From: an uncultured Bacilli bacterium
GTDB taxonomy: Bacteria > Bacillota_I > Bacilli_A > RF39 > UBA660
Assembly (NCBI GenBank): GCA_944355355.1
Contig: CALVQE010000002.1
Span: 704 to 64,703 of the forward strand
Direction of reading: 5' to 3'
Length of the DNA: 64,000 nucleotides
Shown here: piece by piece, positions 34,871 to 44,028 of the stretch
How the letters are laid out: each line of letters opens with the position of its first letter
Position numbering within the stretch: position 1 is the first letter of the stretch
The notes under the pieces: model-generated
Told to the model about the DNA's origin: nothing
Database searches by the model: none
The model's input: the letters and a program-made list of their open reading frames with translations, nothing else
Program-made: the position numbers and the translations under genes

Positions 34871-35593
34871 ATGGACTACAAAATTCATATTGAAAATTTT
34901 GACGGACCAATGGATTTATTGCTACATTTAGTCAAAGAAACAAAATTAGATATTTATGAAATCCAAATGAGTGAAATTATTGAAAGTTATTTAAATTATA
35001 TTCAATCCCTTCAAAGCTTAAATATTGATATTGGCAGTGAGTTTCTCCTAATGGCTTCAAGTTTAATTCATTTAAAAAGTAAAATGCTTATTGGTAAAAC
35101 AAACGAAGAGCCTGATAGTGAAGATGAATACAATATTACAAGTGAAGAAGATTTAAAACAAAAAATAATCGAATACGAAAAATATAAAAATATTATTAAA
35201 GATTTACAAGAACTTGAAGAAAAACGAAGTGAAATTTACACGAAATTGCCTGAACATCTAGAAAACTATGTAACCACACCAGAATTAGAAAATACTGGCT
35301 TAACTGCCGAAGATTTATTAAAAGCTTTACAAAATGTCCAAATAAGGTTACATTATAAAGAACCATTAGATACAAAAATTACTCGTAAAGAAATCAGTGT
35401 AAAAAAGCAAGTTTTAAAAATTCGTTCCATCTTACAAATTAGAAAATCTTGCCTTTTCGAAGAACTCTTTGATGTCCCTTCCAAAGACTATATCATAGCA
35501 ACCTTTTTAGCTATCTTAGAAATGAGTAAATCAAAAGAAATTAAACTATTTCAAAAAGAAAACTTTGAATCAATAGAAGTGGAGATGATCTAA
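34871..35593 (+). CDS. scpA: Segregation and condensation protein A
   Basis: ENFDGPMDLLLHLVKETKLDIYEI is the canonical ScpA N-terminus. ATG 34871 follows gggtggga. Confidence 0.85.
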   Translation: MDYKIHIENFDGPMDLLLHLVKETKLDIYEIQMSEIIESYLNYIQSLQSLNIDIGSEFLLMASSLIHLKSKMLIGKTNEEPDSEDEYNITSEEDLKQKIIEYEKYKNIIKDLQELEEKRSEIYTKLPEHLENYVTTPELENTGLTAEDLLKALQNVQIRLHYKEPLDTKITRKEISVKKQVLKIRSILQIRKSCLFEELFDVPSKDYIIATFLAILEMSKSKEIKLFQKENFESIEVEMI

Positions 35594-35594
35594 A

Positions 35595-36176
35595 ATGGAT
35601 TTAGAAGGAGTATTAGAAGGCCTTTTATTTGTCCAAGGCGATGAAGGAATTACATTAAATGAAATCTGTAAAATATTAGAAATTGATATGCATGAAGCAA
35701 AAGCCCTATTACTAAAACTTAAAAGTTCATATGAAGAAAAAAATAGAGGCTTACGTATCCGTTTTTTAGGAAATGCCTTTAAACTAACAACCAAAGAAGA
35801 ACATAAAGCCTACTATCAAAAACTATTTACAATTCCAGAAAATCGTGAACTTAGTGCTCAAGCTTTAGAAGTATTAGCCATTATAGCCTATAATGAACCA
35901 ATTACAAGAGTAGAAATAGATGAAATGAGAGGTCTTTCCTCAGACTATACTTTACGTAGACTAATTGCTAAAGGTTTAGTCAAAGAAGCAGGAAAAAGCA
36001 CTATGCCAGGTCGACCAAATCTTTATAAAACAACTCATGAATTTTTAGATTACTTTGGTTTAGCAACCCTTGAAGATTTACCTAAATTACCTGAAAACGA
36101 AGAAAAACAAGAAGAATCAGAATTATTTACATCAATTTATAAAGAAAATGATGAAGTTTTACTGGAAAATGTATAA
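35595..36176 (+). CDS. scpB: Segregation and condensation protein B
   Basis: LEGLLFVQGDEGITL...ALEVLAIIAYNEPITRVEIDEMRG. Follows scpA. Confidence 0.85.
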   Translation: MDLEGVLEGLLFVQGDEGITLNEICKILEIDMHEAKALLLKLKSSYEEKNRGLRIRFLGNAFKLTTKEEHKAYYQKLFTIPENRELSAQALEVLAIIAYNEPITRVEIDEMRGLSSDYTLRRLIAKGLVKEAGKSTMPGRPNLYKTTHEFLDYFGLATLEDLPKLPENEEKQEESELFTSIYKENDEVLLENV

Positions 36177-36203
36177 TTTTTTTGTTATACTTTTCTTGTA
36201 CTT

Positions 36204-36290
36204 GCTCTTGTGGCGGAATTGGTAGACGCGCTGGACTCAAAATCCAGTAGTAGCGATACTGTGTGGGTCCGAGTCCCACCAAGAGCACCA
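36204..36290 (+). tRNA. tRNA-Leu (anticodon CAA)
   Basis: Acceptor gctcttg / caagagc, D-arm tggcggaattggtagacgcgc, anticodon loop ctCAAaa, long variable arm, encoded CCA. Confidence 0.9.
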
Positions 36291-36301
36291 GATTGAAACT
36301 A

Positions 36302-36329
36302 AGCTCGACCTGTTATGGCTCGAGCTTTT
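36302..36329 (+). terminator. Rho-independent terminator after tRNA-Leu
   Basis: agctcga / tcgagct followed by ttt. Confidence 0.5.
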
Positions 36330-36331
36330 AT

Positions 36332-36541
36332 ATGCATTATGGAGCAAGACTTAAACATGTGTGGAATGTAATAACGATCGACGGTTTGCACAAGCATCTT
36401 GATGTTACATATGGAATTTATAACAGAGAAAAAGGAAAGAATCCTTTAGATTATTGCTTAATAAGTGACGAAACATTGCAACAATTGAGTCCACATTGTA
36501 ATTATGATGAAACAATCTTTAATAATAAATCTCTAAAATAA
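36332..36541 (+). pseudogene. Possible C-terminal remnant of a transglutaminase-like (His/Asp half) protein
   Basis: HVWNVITIDGLHKHLDVTYGI resembles the H...W..V...G.W...D.T segment of the transglutaminase core. There is no Cys-containing N-terminal half. The upstream part of the ORF-track entry overlaps the tRNA. Confidence 0.3.
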
Positions 36542-36818
36542 AAGTTGTTGTACGTCCTCCCTTAGGTAACCATCGAAAAATCTGTTCGAATAATTCGAAC
36601 TTTATATATAATTCAGTCTGAGATATGACTGAATTTTTATTTGATGACAATAAGTAGTTTTGGCGCTTGTTAAAATACCTAAAAGGTTAAATATTTTGCC
36701 ATAACAAAATATTAATAAAAACGAAATACCAAAAAAATGATTTGGAATTATAAAATTTTATAAAAAATGATACATTCATGTTATAATAGATGGAAATTAT
36801 TAGTCAGTGAGGGATAAT

Positions 36819-37424
36819 ATGGTTATTTTTGATACTACAAACAATTTTAATAATCAAATAAAAGGAATGTTATACATAAGTATAATGGATGTTGATTATT
36901 TGATGCAGAAATATCAAGCATCAGTTTTAAAGTCAATGATTCCATCAGATTATGTTGAAGCGTTTGAAGATGAATTAGAGCAAAGAAAAAATGAATATAG
37001 TTTATCTGTACAATATTATTCGGTTTTGCGTTTAGGAATTGAATCGACTGAAGATGAAGAGTTGCTACGGCTCATCAAAAATGAAGTAGAACAGGGAAAT
37101 TTATTTACTAGGAGCCATCTACAATCTATAAGTCGTGAAGATTCGAAAGAATTGATAAGAACGTTAAGAATTAGTCTTGCACAATTAAGTAATGAAGAGT
37201 TATATAAATTACGGTCATATATGATGTCAGAATATATATTTGGTGCAATAGAACTAGCAAATAAATATGTAAAAAAATTATATGGTCATTCTGCTTTGCC
37301 TGGAACTTTAGATTCATATGAAAATATAATTTCAAATTTAGAATTTATGGGGGCGTCTTCTGAAATAATTGAATCTGATTATTTTAATAGTGTCGAAGTA
37401 TTAAGTAAACATAAGGAAGTATAA
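36819..37424 (+). CDS. Hypothetical protein
   Basis: ATG after gaggga. Upstream extended -10, tgttataat. No family recognised. Confidence 0.5.
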   Translation: MVIFDTTNNFNNQIKGMLYISIMDVDYLMQKYQASVLKSMIPSDYVEAFEDELEQRKNEYSLSVQYYSVLRLGIESTEDEELLRLIKNEVEQGNLFTRSHLQSISREDSKELIRTLRISLAQLSNEELYKLRSYMMSEYIFGAIELANKYVKKLYGHSALPGTLDSYENIISNLEFMGASSEIIESDYFNSVEVLSKHKEV

Positions 37425-37498
37425 AATTATTATAGTGATCTTATCAGAACTATTGCATGAATCAGCAATTCGTTACTAAAAATGAGCAAGAAGACTAC

Positions 37499-37527
37499 TT
37501 GTCAAAAAGAAAAATCATGACTATAAT
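37499..37527 (+). promoter_or_regulatory. Sigma-A-type promoter for queH
   Basis: ttgtca (37499-37504), 17-nt spacer, tataat (37522-37527). Confidence 0.55.
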
Positions 37528-37544
37528 AAAGGCAAGTGATATCT

Positions 37545-38207
37545 ATGGAAAAGAAAAATTATGATAAATTGATGCAAGAGATTATCGAAAAAAATCAAGA
37601 GTTAGAAATGGTTCCAACTCTTCTTTTGCATACTTGCTGTGCTCCTTGTTCCTCTGCTGTTATAGAACGACTTTCAAAGTATTTTCATATCACCGTATTC
37701 TATTACAACCCAAATATAGAGCCATTAGAAGAATACGTAAAAAGAAAAGAAGAGCAAAAAAGATTTTTAAGTGAAGTAACCACACCATATCCAATCAATT
37801 TTTTAGATTGTGACTATGAGCATGAAGAATTTATAAAATTGTCAAAAGGCCTAGAGAAAGAAAAAGAAGGGGGTCCAAGATGCTTAAAGTGTTATCGTCT
37901 TCGTCTTTTAAAAACTGCTCAGAAAGCTCATGAGCTTCATTTTGATTATTTTGGTACCAGTCTAACAGTAAGTCCGTATAAAAATGCTCAAGCCCTAAAC
38001 CAAATAGGGGAAGAACTTCAAAAAGAATTCAATATAAAGTATTTATACAGCGATTTCAAAAAAAGAAATGGTTATAAAAGAAGTATAGAACTTTCCAAAG
38101 AGTATCATTTATATCGTCAAGATTACTGTGGTTGTTTTTTTTCTCAAATTCAAAGAGAACAAGAAAAAAAGGATAGTTATGGAAGTAGTTTTAAAGAGAA
38201 TAACTGA
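37545..38207 (+). CDS. queH: Epoxyqueuosine reductase QueH (DUF208)
   Basis: LLLHTCCAPCSS...YYNPNI...CLKCYRLRL...DYCGC cysteine pattern typical of QueH. Confidence 0.85.
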   Translation: MEKKNYDKLMQEIIEKNQELEMVPTLLLHTCCAPCSSAVIERLSKYFHITVFYYNPNIEPLEEYVKRKEEQKRFLSEVTTPYPINFLDCDYEHEEFIKLSKGLEKEKEGGPRCLKCYRLRLLKTAQKAHELHFDYFGTSLTVSPYKNAQALNQIGEELQKEFNIKYLYSDFKKRNGYKRSIELSKEYHLYRQDYCGCFFSQIQREQEKKDSYGSSFKENN

Positions 38208-38363
38208 TTTAATGGAGTAAAAGATATCTTCATTAGAGATGAGAAAAAACTGTTAAAAATATTTTATGGGGCAAATGGAGACTTATATTTTGATATATTC
38301 GGTAGTCTCAATAAAAATGAAAATAATTTATATACAGCTACATTCAGTATCAAGAAGAGTGAA

Positions 38364-38660
38364 ATGATTTATTCCTATTTTGAACAACTCGTTAATGATA
38401 TAATATCTTGCAAAGTATTTGAACCCTGTGAAGTAAGGGATGCTGAAAGAAAAAATGAATATTTAAAAACTAAGCAAGCAAATAAAAAGTTAGTAGATAA
38501 TGACACTATTATTTGGTATAGTGACAATATATATGATGAAAGTGAGGATAAATTATCTAAGCAAAATATGAATTCCTATTTTGTTCGTAAACATTTAGAT
38601 AAACAGTTGGCCCAATATGAAGGAAAAGGTAGAATTTTAATAAAAGATAAAACGTTTTAA
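38364..38660 (+). CDS. Hypothetical protein (the reading frame is open upstream to 38208; the true start is uncertain)
   Basis: The first in-frame ATG is at 38364, but the same frame is open and looks coding from the queH stop onward. An out-of-frame ATG at 38239 would join it with one extra A in the A6 run at 38244-38249. Confidence 0.4.
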   Translation: MIYSYFEQLVNDIISCKVFEPCEVRDAERKNEYLKTKQANKKLVDNDTIIWYSDNIYDESEDKLSKQNMNSYFVRKHLDKQLAQYEGKGRILIKDKTF

Positions 38661-38683
38661 GAGTATTCTTAGACGTTTTTTTT
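38652..38683 (+). terminator. Rho-independent terminator
   Basis: acgttttaaga gtat tcttagacgt (one G-U pair) followed by a T8 run. Confidence 0.55.
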
Positions 38684-38720
38684 GCAATTGTGAGAATTTG
38701 GTGAAACTTTTGTTAGGGAG

Positions 38721-38769
38721 TTGACAAAATAATAAAAAAAGCATAATATGTTTAAGTAAGGCAACTTAC
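38721..38769 (+). promoter_or_regulatory. Promoter plus palindromic MarR-operator candidate
   Basis: ttgaca (38721-38726), 17-nt spacer, taatat (38744-38749). Inverted repeat gtaag gcaa cttac (38756-38769) at about +1. Confidence 0.5.
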
Positions 38770-38783
38770 AAAAGGGTGGTATT

Positions 38784-39233
38784 ATGAAAAGGATAGATGT
38801 TTTATATCAAATAAAAACATTAGAAAATTTAATTTTTCGTAATTTTATTTTGGATAAACCTAGTCTGAAAACAATACCAACTCCTACTCAAGTTCAAATA
38901 ATGGAGTATATTTTAACACATCAAAATGAGGAAATCTATCAACGAGATTTAGAAAGCATTTTAAATCTTCGCAGAGCAACTGTCTCGGGGGTTTTACAAA
39001 CAATGGAAAAACATGAATTGATTGAAAGAGTTACTTCTAATGAAGATGCCAGGGCCAAAAAGATTATTCTAAATTCTCAAGCTAAAGAAATGTTTCTTGC
39101 TCATCGTAAGAAAATATTAGCTTTTGAACAGATTTTATTACAAGATCTTACAGAAGAAGAACTAGAAGTATTTTGTAAAGTTTTAAATAAAATGCAAGGT
39201 AATGTTTTAAAATATACTGCTCAAAAAAAGTAG
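38784..39233 (+). CDS. MarR family transcriptional regulator
   Basis: 149 aa. wHTH segment QRDLESILNLRRATVSGVLQTMEKHELIER. Confidence 0.85.
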   Translation: MKRIDVLYQIKTLENLIFRNFILDKPSLKTIPTPTQVQIMEYILTHQNEEIYQRDLESILNLRRATVSGVLQTMEKHELIERVTSNEDARAKKIILNSQAKEMFLAHRKKILAFEQILLQDLTEEELEVFCKVLNKMQGNVLKYTAQKK

Positions 39234-39260
39234 TTGCTGAAAAAAAGGAAGGTAGGTTTT

Positions 39261-41024
39261 ATGTTAAAATTATTAAAGAATTTTGGAAAACGTGAATGGT
39301 GTTTCATTCTGATTTCCTTTGTCTTAATATTCGGACAAGTATGGTTAGAATTAAAAGTACCAGACTATATGTCTCAAATTACTATTCTAGTTCAAACTGA
39401 AGGTAGTAGCATGAAAGATATTCTGATAAATGGAGGATATATGCTTTTATGTACGCTCGGTAGTTTGATTTTAGCTATTATCGTTGGTTATATTACAGCA
39501 AACCTTTCAGCTTCTTTTTCTAAAAAAACACGCAGTAAATTATTTCGGAAAATAGAAGAACTAGGAATGCAAGAAGTAAAACAATTTTCAACAAGCAGTT
39601 TAATTACTCGTACAACCAATGATATTACTCAACTAGAAATGCTTATTGCTATGGGTTTACAACTCTTAATTAAAGCACCAATCACGGCAGTATGGGCGAT
39701 TACGAAAATCGTCAACAAAAGCGTAGAGTGGAGTATGATCACAGCCATTGCTGTTGTTATATTGCTTGCTGTGATAGGTGTTTTGATTGTTATTGTAATG
39801 CCACGTTTCAAAATTGTTCAAAAAATGACAGACCGTTTAAATGGCGTTACGAGAGAAAACTTGACAGGAATCCGTGTTGTAAGAGCATTTAATGCGGAAG
39901 AATATCAAGAAGAAAAATTTGCGGATGTAAATAATCGCTTAACGAAACTTCAAATGTTTAATCAAAAGTCCTTAGCGATTCTTTCACCAGTCATGTACTT
40001 AATCATGTATATGCTAACTCTAGCAATTTATCTTGTTGGTGCTTCATTAATTAAAGAAGTAATGCTTGCTGATAAATTGACTTTATTTAGTAATATGATC
40101 GTCTTCTCATCTTATGCAATGCAAGTCATTATGTCATTTTTGATGCTCGCAATGATCTTTATGATGGTCCCAAGAGCACAAGTTTCTGCAAAACGTATCA
40201 ATGAGGTTATGGATACAGAAGTGACCATAAAAGATGGTACAGTAAAAGAAGGAAAACCAGGTGAAGTAGGAACTGTAGAATTTAAAAACGTTTCCTTTAA
40301 ATACCCCGATGCCGAAGAATACTTATTAAAAAATATTTCTTTTAAAGCCAATCGAGGAGAAACTGTTGCCTTCATTGGATCAACTGGCTCAGGAAAAAGT
40401 ACTCTAATCAATTTAATTCCAAGATTCTATGATGTCTCAGAAGGCAGTGTCCTAGTTGACGGTGTTGACGTTAGAGAATATAACCAAGAATTCTTAAGAA
40501 ACAAACTAGGATATGTTCCTCAAAAAGCTGTTATGTTTGATGGAACAGTTGCTTCAAATGTTTCCTATGGAGACAATGGTAAAGGAGATATTACAAGAGA
40601 AAAGGTAATCGAAGCTATTCGTGTAGCTCAAGGTACAGAATTTGTTGAAAAAATGGACGAAAAATATGATACACATATTGCTCAAGGTGGAACCAATGTT
40701 TCTGGTGGTCAAAAACAACGTCTAGCTATAGCAAGAGCCGTTGCCAGAGACCCTGAAATTTATATTTTTGACGATTCATTTTCAGCTTTGGATTACAAAA
40801 CAGATGCGACTTTACGTCATGAATTAAAAGAATATACCAAAGATGCAACAAGCCTAATTGTTGCTCAAAGAATTGGTACAATTATGAATGCCAATAAAAT
40901 ATTAGTTTTAGATAATGGCGAATGTGTCGGTATGGGAACACATAAAGAACTCTTAAAAAACTGTGAAGTCTACCGTCAGATTGCCTTATCACAATTATCA
41001 AAGGAGGAACTTGAAAATGCATAA
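39261..41024 (+). CDS. ABC exporter, fused permease/ATPase subunit (heterodimer partner 1)
   Basis: Six-TM domain, Walker A GSTGSGKST, signature VSGGQKQR, Walker B IYIFDDSFSALD. ATG 39261 follows aggaagg. Confidence 0.85.
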   Translation: MLKLLKNFGKREWCFILISFVLIFGQVWLELKVPDYMSQITILVQTEGSSMKDILINGGYMLLCTLGSLILAIIVGYITANLSASFSKKTRSKLFRKIEELGMQEVKQFSTSSLITRTTNDITQLEMLIAMGLQLLIKAPITAVWAITKIVNKSVEWSMITAIAVVILLAVIGVLIVIVMPRFKIVQKMTDRLNGVTRENLTGIRVVRAFNAEEYQEEKFADVNNRLTKLQMFNQKSLAILSPVMYLIMYMLTLAIYLVGASLIKEVMLADKLTLFSNMIVFSSYAMQVIMSFLMLAMIFMMVPRAQVSAKRINEVMDTEVTIKDGTVKEGKPGEVGTVEFKNVSFKYPDAEEYLLKNISFKANRGETVAFIGSTGSGKSTLINLIPRFYDVSEGSVLVDGVDVREYNQEFLRNKLGYVPQKAVMFDGTVASNVSYGDNGKGDITREKVIEAIRVAQGTEFVEKMDEKYDTHIAQGGTNVSGGQKQRLAIARAVARDPEIYIFDDSFSALDYKTDATLRHELKEYTKDATSLIVAQRIGTIMNANKILVLDNGECVGMGTHKELLKNCEVYRQIALSQLSKEELENA

Positions 41025-43320
41025 TGGACCAAGAGGAAAAGACGCGACAAATGAAAAAGCAAAAGACTTTAAGTCAGCAATGCTTCGTTTATTTAGTGAA
41101 TTAAAAGAATATCGTAAATTAGTTTACTTAGGCTTAATCATGGCTGCTTTAGGTTCAATCTTATCAATATTTGCTCCAAACCATTTATCAAGCCTAACCG
41201 ATGAAATTCAAGCAGGCTTAGTTGTAAATAGTGATAACCTTACAACAATTGCCACTAGTGTTACAGAAAACTTAGAAACAAACATAATGACGTATTTAAA
41301 TCTATCAATGGATGCCAATACGCTTACTGAAGTTGTGATGTCAAATGAAATATCGGAAGACGAGAAAGCTTCTTTTCAAACATTCTTAAATAACTTGCAG
41401 ACTTCTAATGAGAGTATAGATTATGAAACCTTCTTAGGTTTTTCAGACAACCTTTTAAAGATTCTATTAGATGACTCTACATACAAAGGAGTCCCTATTT
41501 CGGAAGAAGAAAAAATTAATTTTCTAAACGGTTTAAAAAACAATGAAATTCATTTAAGTGAAGAAGTGCAAAATGTTTTCTTTGAGTCCATCGAAGTCAA
41601 TGGTGTGACTATATCTTCACAAGACCAAATAGAATTTTTAAACGTAGCGAGTACTTTAACGGCAGAAGATACAAGTACAAGCCTTTATCAAAAAATAGAT
41701 ACAATGCCTGAAAGTGTTCGTCTAGTAGTTGAACCATTTATGGATATGGATGCAATTTGGGATATTGCAACATTTTTAATTACTTTATATCTTATCAGTG
41801 CCTTATGTACATACATTGAATCTATTTCAATGACCCATGTCGCCAACAAATTTGCTAATCGCCTAAGAGATAACATTTCTAAAAAAATTAATCGCTTACC
41901 ATTAAAATATTTTGATGCCCATCAATCCGGAGATACACTATCTCGTGTAACGAACGATGTGGATATGATTGCCCAATCTATGAACCAATCACTATCAACC
42001 TTCGTCAGTGCTGTAACATTATTTGTCGGAACAACCATCATGATGTTTTATACCAACTGGATCTTAGCTTTAACTGCAATTGGCTCAAGTATTTTAGGTT
42101 TTATCTTCATGTTCTTAGTATTAGGAAAGTCACAAAAATACTTCGTTTCTAGACAAATCGAATTAGGTAACTTAAACGGTCACATTGAAGAAGTTTATTC
42201 AGGACTAAATGTCGTTAAAGCATACAATGGTCAAAAGATTTCCGATGTTAAATTTGATGAATTAAACAACAAAGTTTACAACGCTAACCGTAAAAGTCAA
42301 TTCCTATCTGGACTTATGATGCCAATGATGAGTTTTATTGGTAACTTTGGTTATGTTGCTGTATGTATCGTTGGAGCTTTATTAACCATGAATGATATCA
42401 TTAGTTTCGGTGTTATCGTAGCCTTCATTACCTATGTAAGAATGTTTACTTCGCCACTTTCTCAAATCGCTCAATCAATGACTTCTTTCCAATCAACAGC
42501 CGCAGCCAGTGAAAGAGTATTTGAATTCTTAGATGAAGAAGAAATGGATACGGAAGAAAATATTACTAAGAGTTTATCAAGAGCGGAAGCAAAAGGAAAC
42601 ATTGAATTTAAAAACGTTCTATTCCAATATGATGGCAATGACAAACCAACCATTCATGATTTCAGTGCCAAAGCAAGTGCGGGTCAAAAAATTGCCATTG
42701 TTGGTCCAACCGGAGCAGGTAAAACAACTATGGTTAACCTATTAATGAAATTCTATGAAATAAATGGTGGAGACATTCTAATTGATGGAATAAGCATCCA
42801 CGATCTATCTCGGGCAAACGTTCATGATTTATTTACTATGGTTTTACAAGATACATGGTTGTTTAGAGGAACTTTAAGAGAAAACATCGTTTACAATCGT
42901 CAAAACATAAGCAATGAACAAGTAGAAGAAGTAAGTAAAACGGTTGGTTTAGACCATTTCGTCAAAACACTTTCAGATGGCTATGACACAGAAATATCAG
43001 ACAATGATAGTGTTTCAGCTGGTCAAAGACAACTTCTTACCATTGCTAGAGGAATGCTAAATGATGCACCATTCCTAATTTTAGACGAAGCAACTAGTAA
43101 CGTTGATACAAGAACTGAAGAACTTGTTCAAAAAGCTATGGATAAACTTACAGAAGGAAAAACATCCTTTATTATCGCTCATCGCTTGTCGACGATCAAA
43201 AATGCCGATTTAATATTAGTAATGAAAGATGGAAATATTATCGAAACAGGAAACCATGAAGAATTAATGAAGAAAAATGGTTTCTATGCGGATTTATACA
43301 ATTCGCAATTTGAAGGGTAG
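41017..43320 (+). CDS. ABC exporter, fused permease/ATPase subunit (partner 2) with a large insertion in the first extracytoplasmic loop
   Basis: Walker A GPTGAGKTT, signature VSAGQRQ, Walker B LILDEATSNVD. A hydrophilic segment of about 190 aa lies between TM1 and TM2. Confidence 0.85.
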   Translation: MHNGPRGKDATNEKAKDFKSAMLRLFSELKEYRKLVYLGLIMAALGSILSIFAPNHLSSLTDEIQAGLVVNSDNLTTIATSVTENLETNIMTYLNLSMDANTLTEVVMSNEISEDEKASFQTFLNNLQTSNESIDYETFLGFSDNLLKILLDDSTYKGVPISEEEKINFLNGLKNNEIHLSEEVQNVFFESIEVNGVTISSQDQIEFLNVASTLTAEDTSTSLYQKIDTMPESVRLVVEPFMDMDAIWDIATFLITLYLISALCTYIESISMTHVANKFANRLRDNISKKINRLPLKYFDAHQSGDTLSRVTNDVDMIAQSMNQSLSTFVSAVTLFVGTTIMMFYTNWILALTAIGSSILGFIFMFLVLGKSQKYFVSRQIELGNLNGHIEEVYSGLNVVKAYNGQKISDVKFDELNNKVYNANRKSQFLSGLMMPMMSFIGNFGYVAVCIVGALLTMNDIISFGVIVAFITYVRMFTSPLSQIAQSMTSFQSTAAASERVFEFLDEEEMDTEENITKSLSRAEAKGNIEFKNVLFQYDGNDKPTIHDFSAKASAGQKIAIVGPTGAGKTTMVNLLMKFYEINGGDILIDGISIHDLSRANVHDLFTMVLQDTWLFRGTLRENIVYNRQNISNEQVEEVSKTVGLDHFVKTLSDGYDTEISDNDSVSAGQRQLLTIARGMLNDAPFLILDEATSNVDTRTEELVQKAMDKLTEGKTSFIIAHRLSTIKNADLILVMKDGNIIETGNHEELMKKNGFYADLYNSQFEG

Positions 43321-43327
43321 GATTTTT

Positions 43328-43945
43328 ATGCAAAATATAGTAATTACAATTGGTCGTGAATTTGGAAGTGGGGGAAAATACATTGGTTCTGAAGTAGCCA
43401 AACGTCTAAACATTCCCTTTTACGATAAAGAAATATTAGTGAAAACTTATGAACGAAACAACATAAATTATTCTAAACTAGAAGAATTTGATGAAACAAA
43501 GAAAAATAGTATCTTAAACATCTTGGATATTCTAAGAAATGATGCTTACAATGAAGTAGCTCTAAACGAAGTTTATCAAGACTTAATTCGCAAGACAATT
43601 GAGGACTTAGCTTTATCTTCTTGTGTTATCTTAGGAAGAAATTCTAATAATATTTTAAAAAATAAAAAGAATGCCATTCATATTTTCTTATATTCTAAAG
43701 ATCTTGAATTTAAGATTCAAAGAAAAATGGAAGTAGAAGGCTTAACACATAAAGAAGCACATGAAAAGCTAAAGAAAATTGATAAACAACGAGAAGAATA
43801 CTATGAGTTCTTAAATCCTAATGAAAATTGGAAAGACAAAGATCATTATGATTTATGTATAGACACCGGTAAAATAGGTGTTGAAAAAACAATTGAACTC
43901 ATTGTAAATTTATATCAAATTCTAAGTCAAGAAGAAGCTGTCTAA
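43328..43945 (+). CDS. Cytidylate kinase-like family protein
   Basis: MQNIVITIGREFGSGGKYIGSEVAKRLNIPFYDKEIL is typical of this P-loop-like family. Confidence 0.75.
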   Translation: MQNIVITIGREFGSGGKYIGSEVAKRLNIPFYDKEILVKTYERNNINYSKLEEFDETKKNSILNILDILRNDAYNEVALNEVYQDLIRKTIEDLALSSCVILGRNSNNILKNKKNAIHIFLYSKDLEFKIQRKMEVEGLTHKEAHEKLKKIDKQREEYYEFLNPNENWKDKDHYDLCIDTGKIGVEKTIELIVNLYQILSQEEAV

Positions 43946-43960
43946 AAAGCTTCTTTTTTT
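43931..43960 (+). terminator. Rho-independent terminator
   Basis: gaagc...gcttc hairpin followed by a T7 run. Confidence 0.6.
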
Positions 43961-44028
43961 GACTTTTAGAAGAAAAGCATAGTCAAGCTTTCTTCTTTTG
44001 TGCTACAATTAACATAGGTGATGCAAAA

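Noticed and set aside
36584-36600. The palindrome gttcgaataattcgaac, considered as a LexA (Cheo) box.
   Set aside because: The half-sites are in the inverted order (GTTCG...CGAAC) with 7-nt spacing, not CGAAC-N4-GTTCG. The palindrome is not positioned at a promoter.
38205-38207. TGA read as Trp (Mollicutes code 4), which would fuse queH to the downstream ORF.
   Set aside because: TGA serves as the stop in several ATGA overlaps (thrS at 8848-8850, also 9811-9813 and 33427-33429). Trp is encoded by TGG in conserved motifs. All conserved genes are full-length under code 11.
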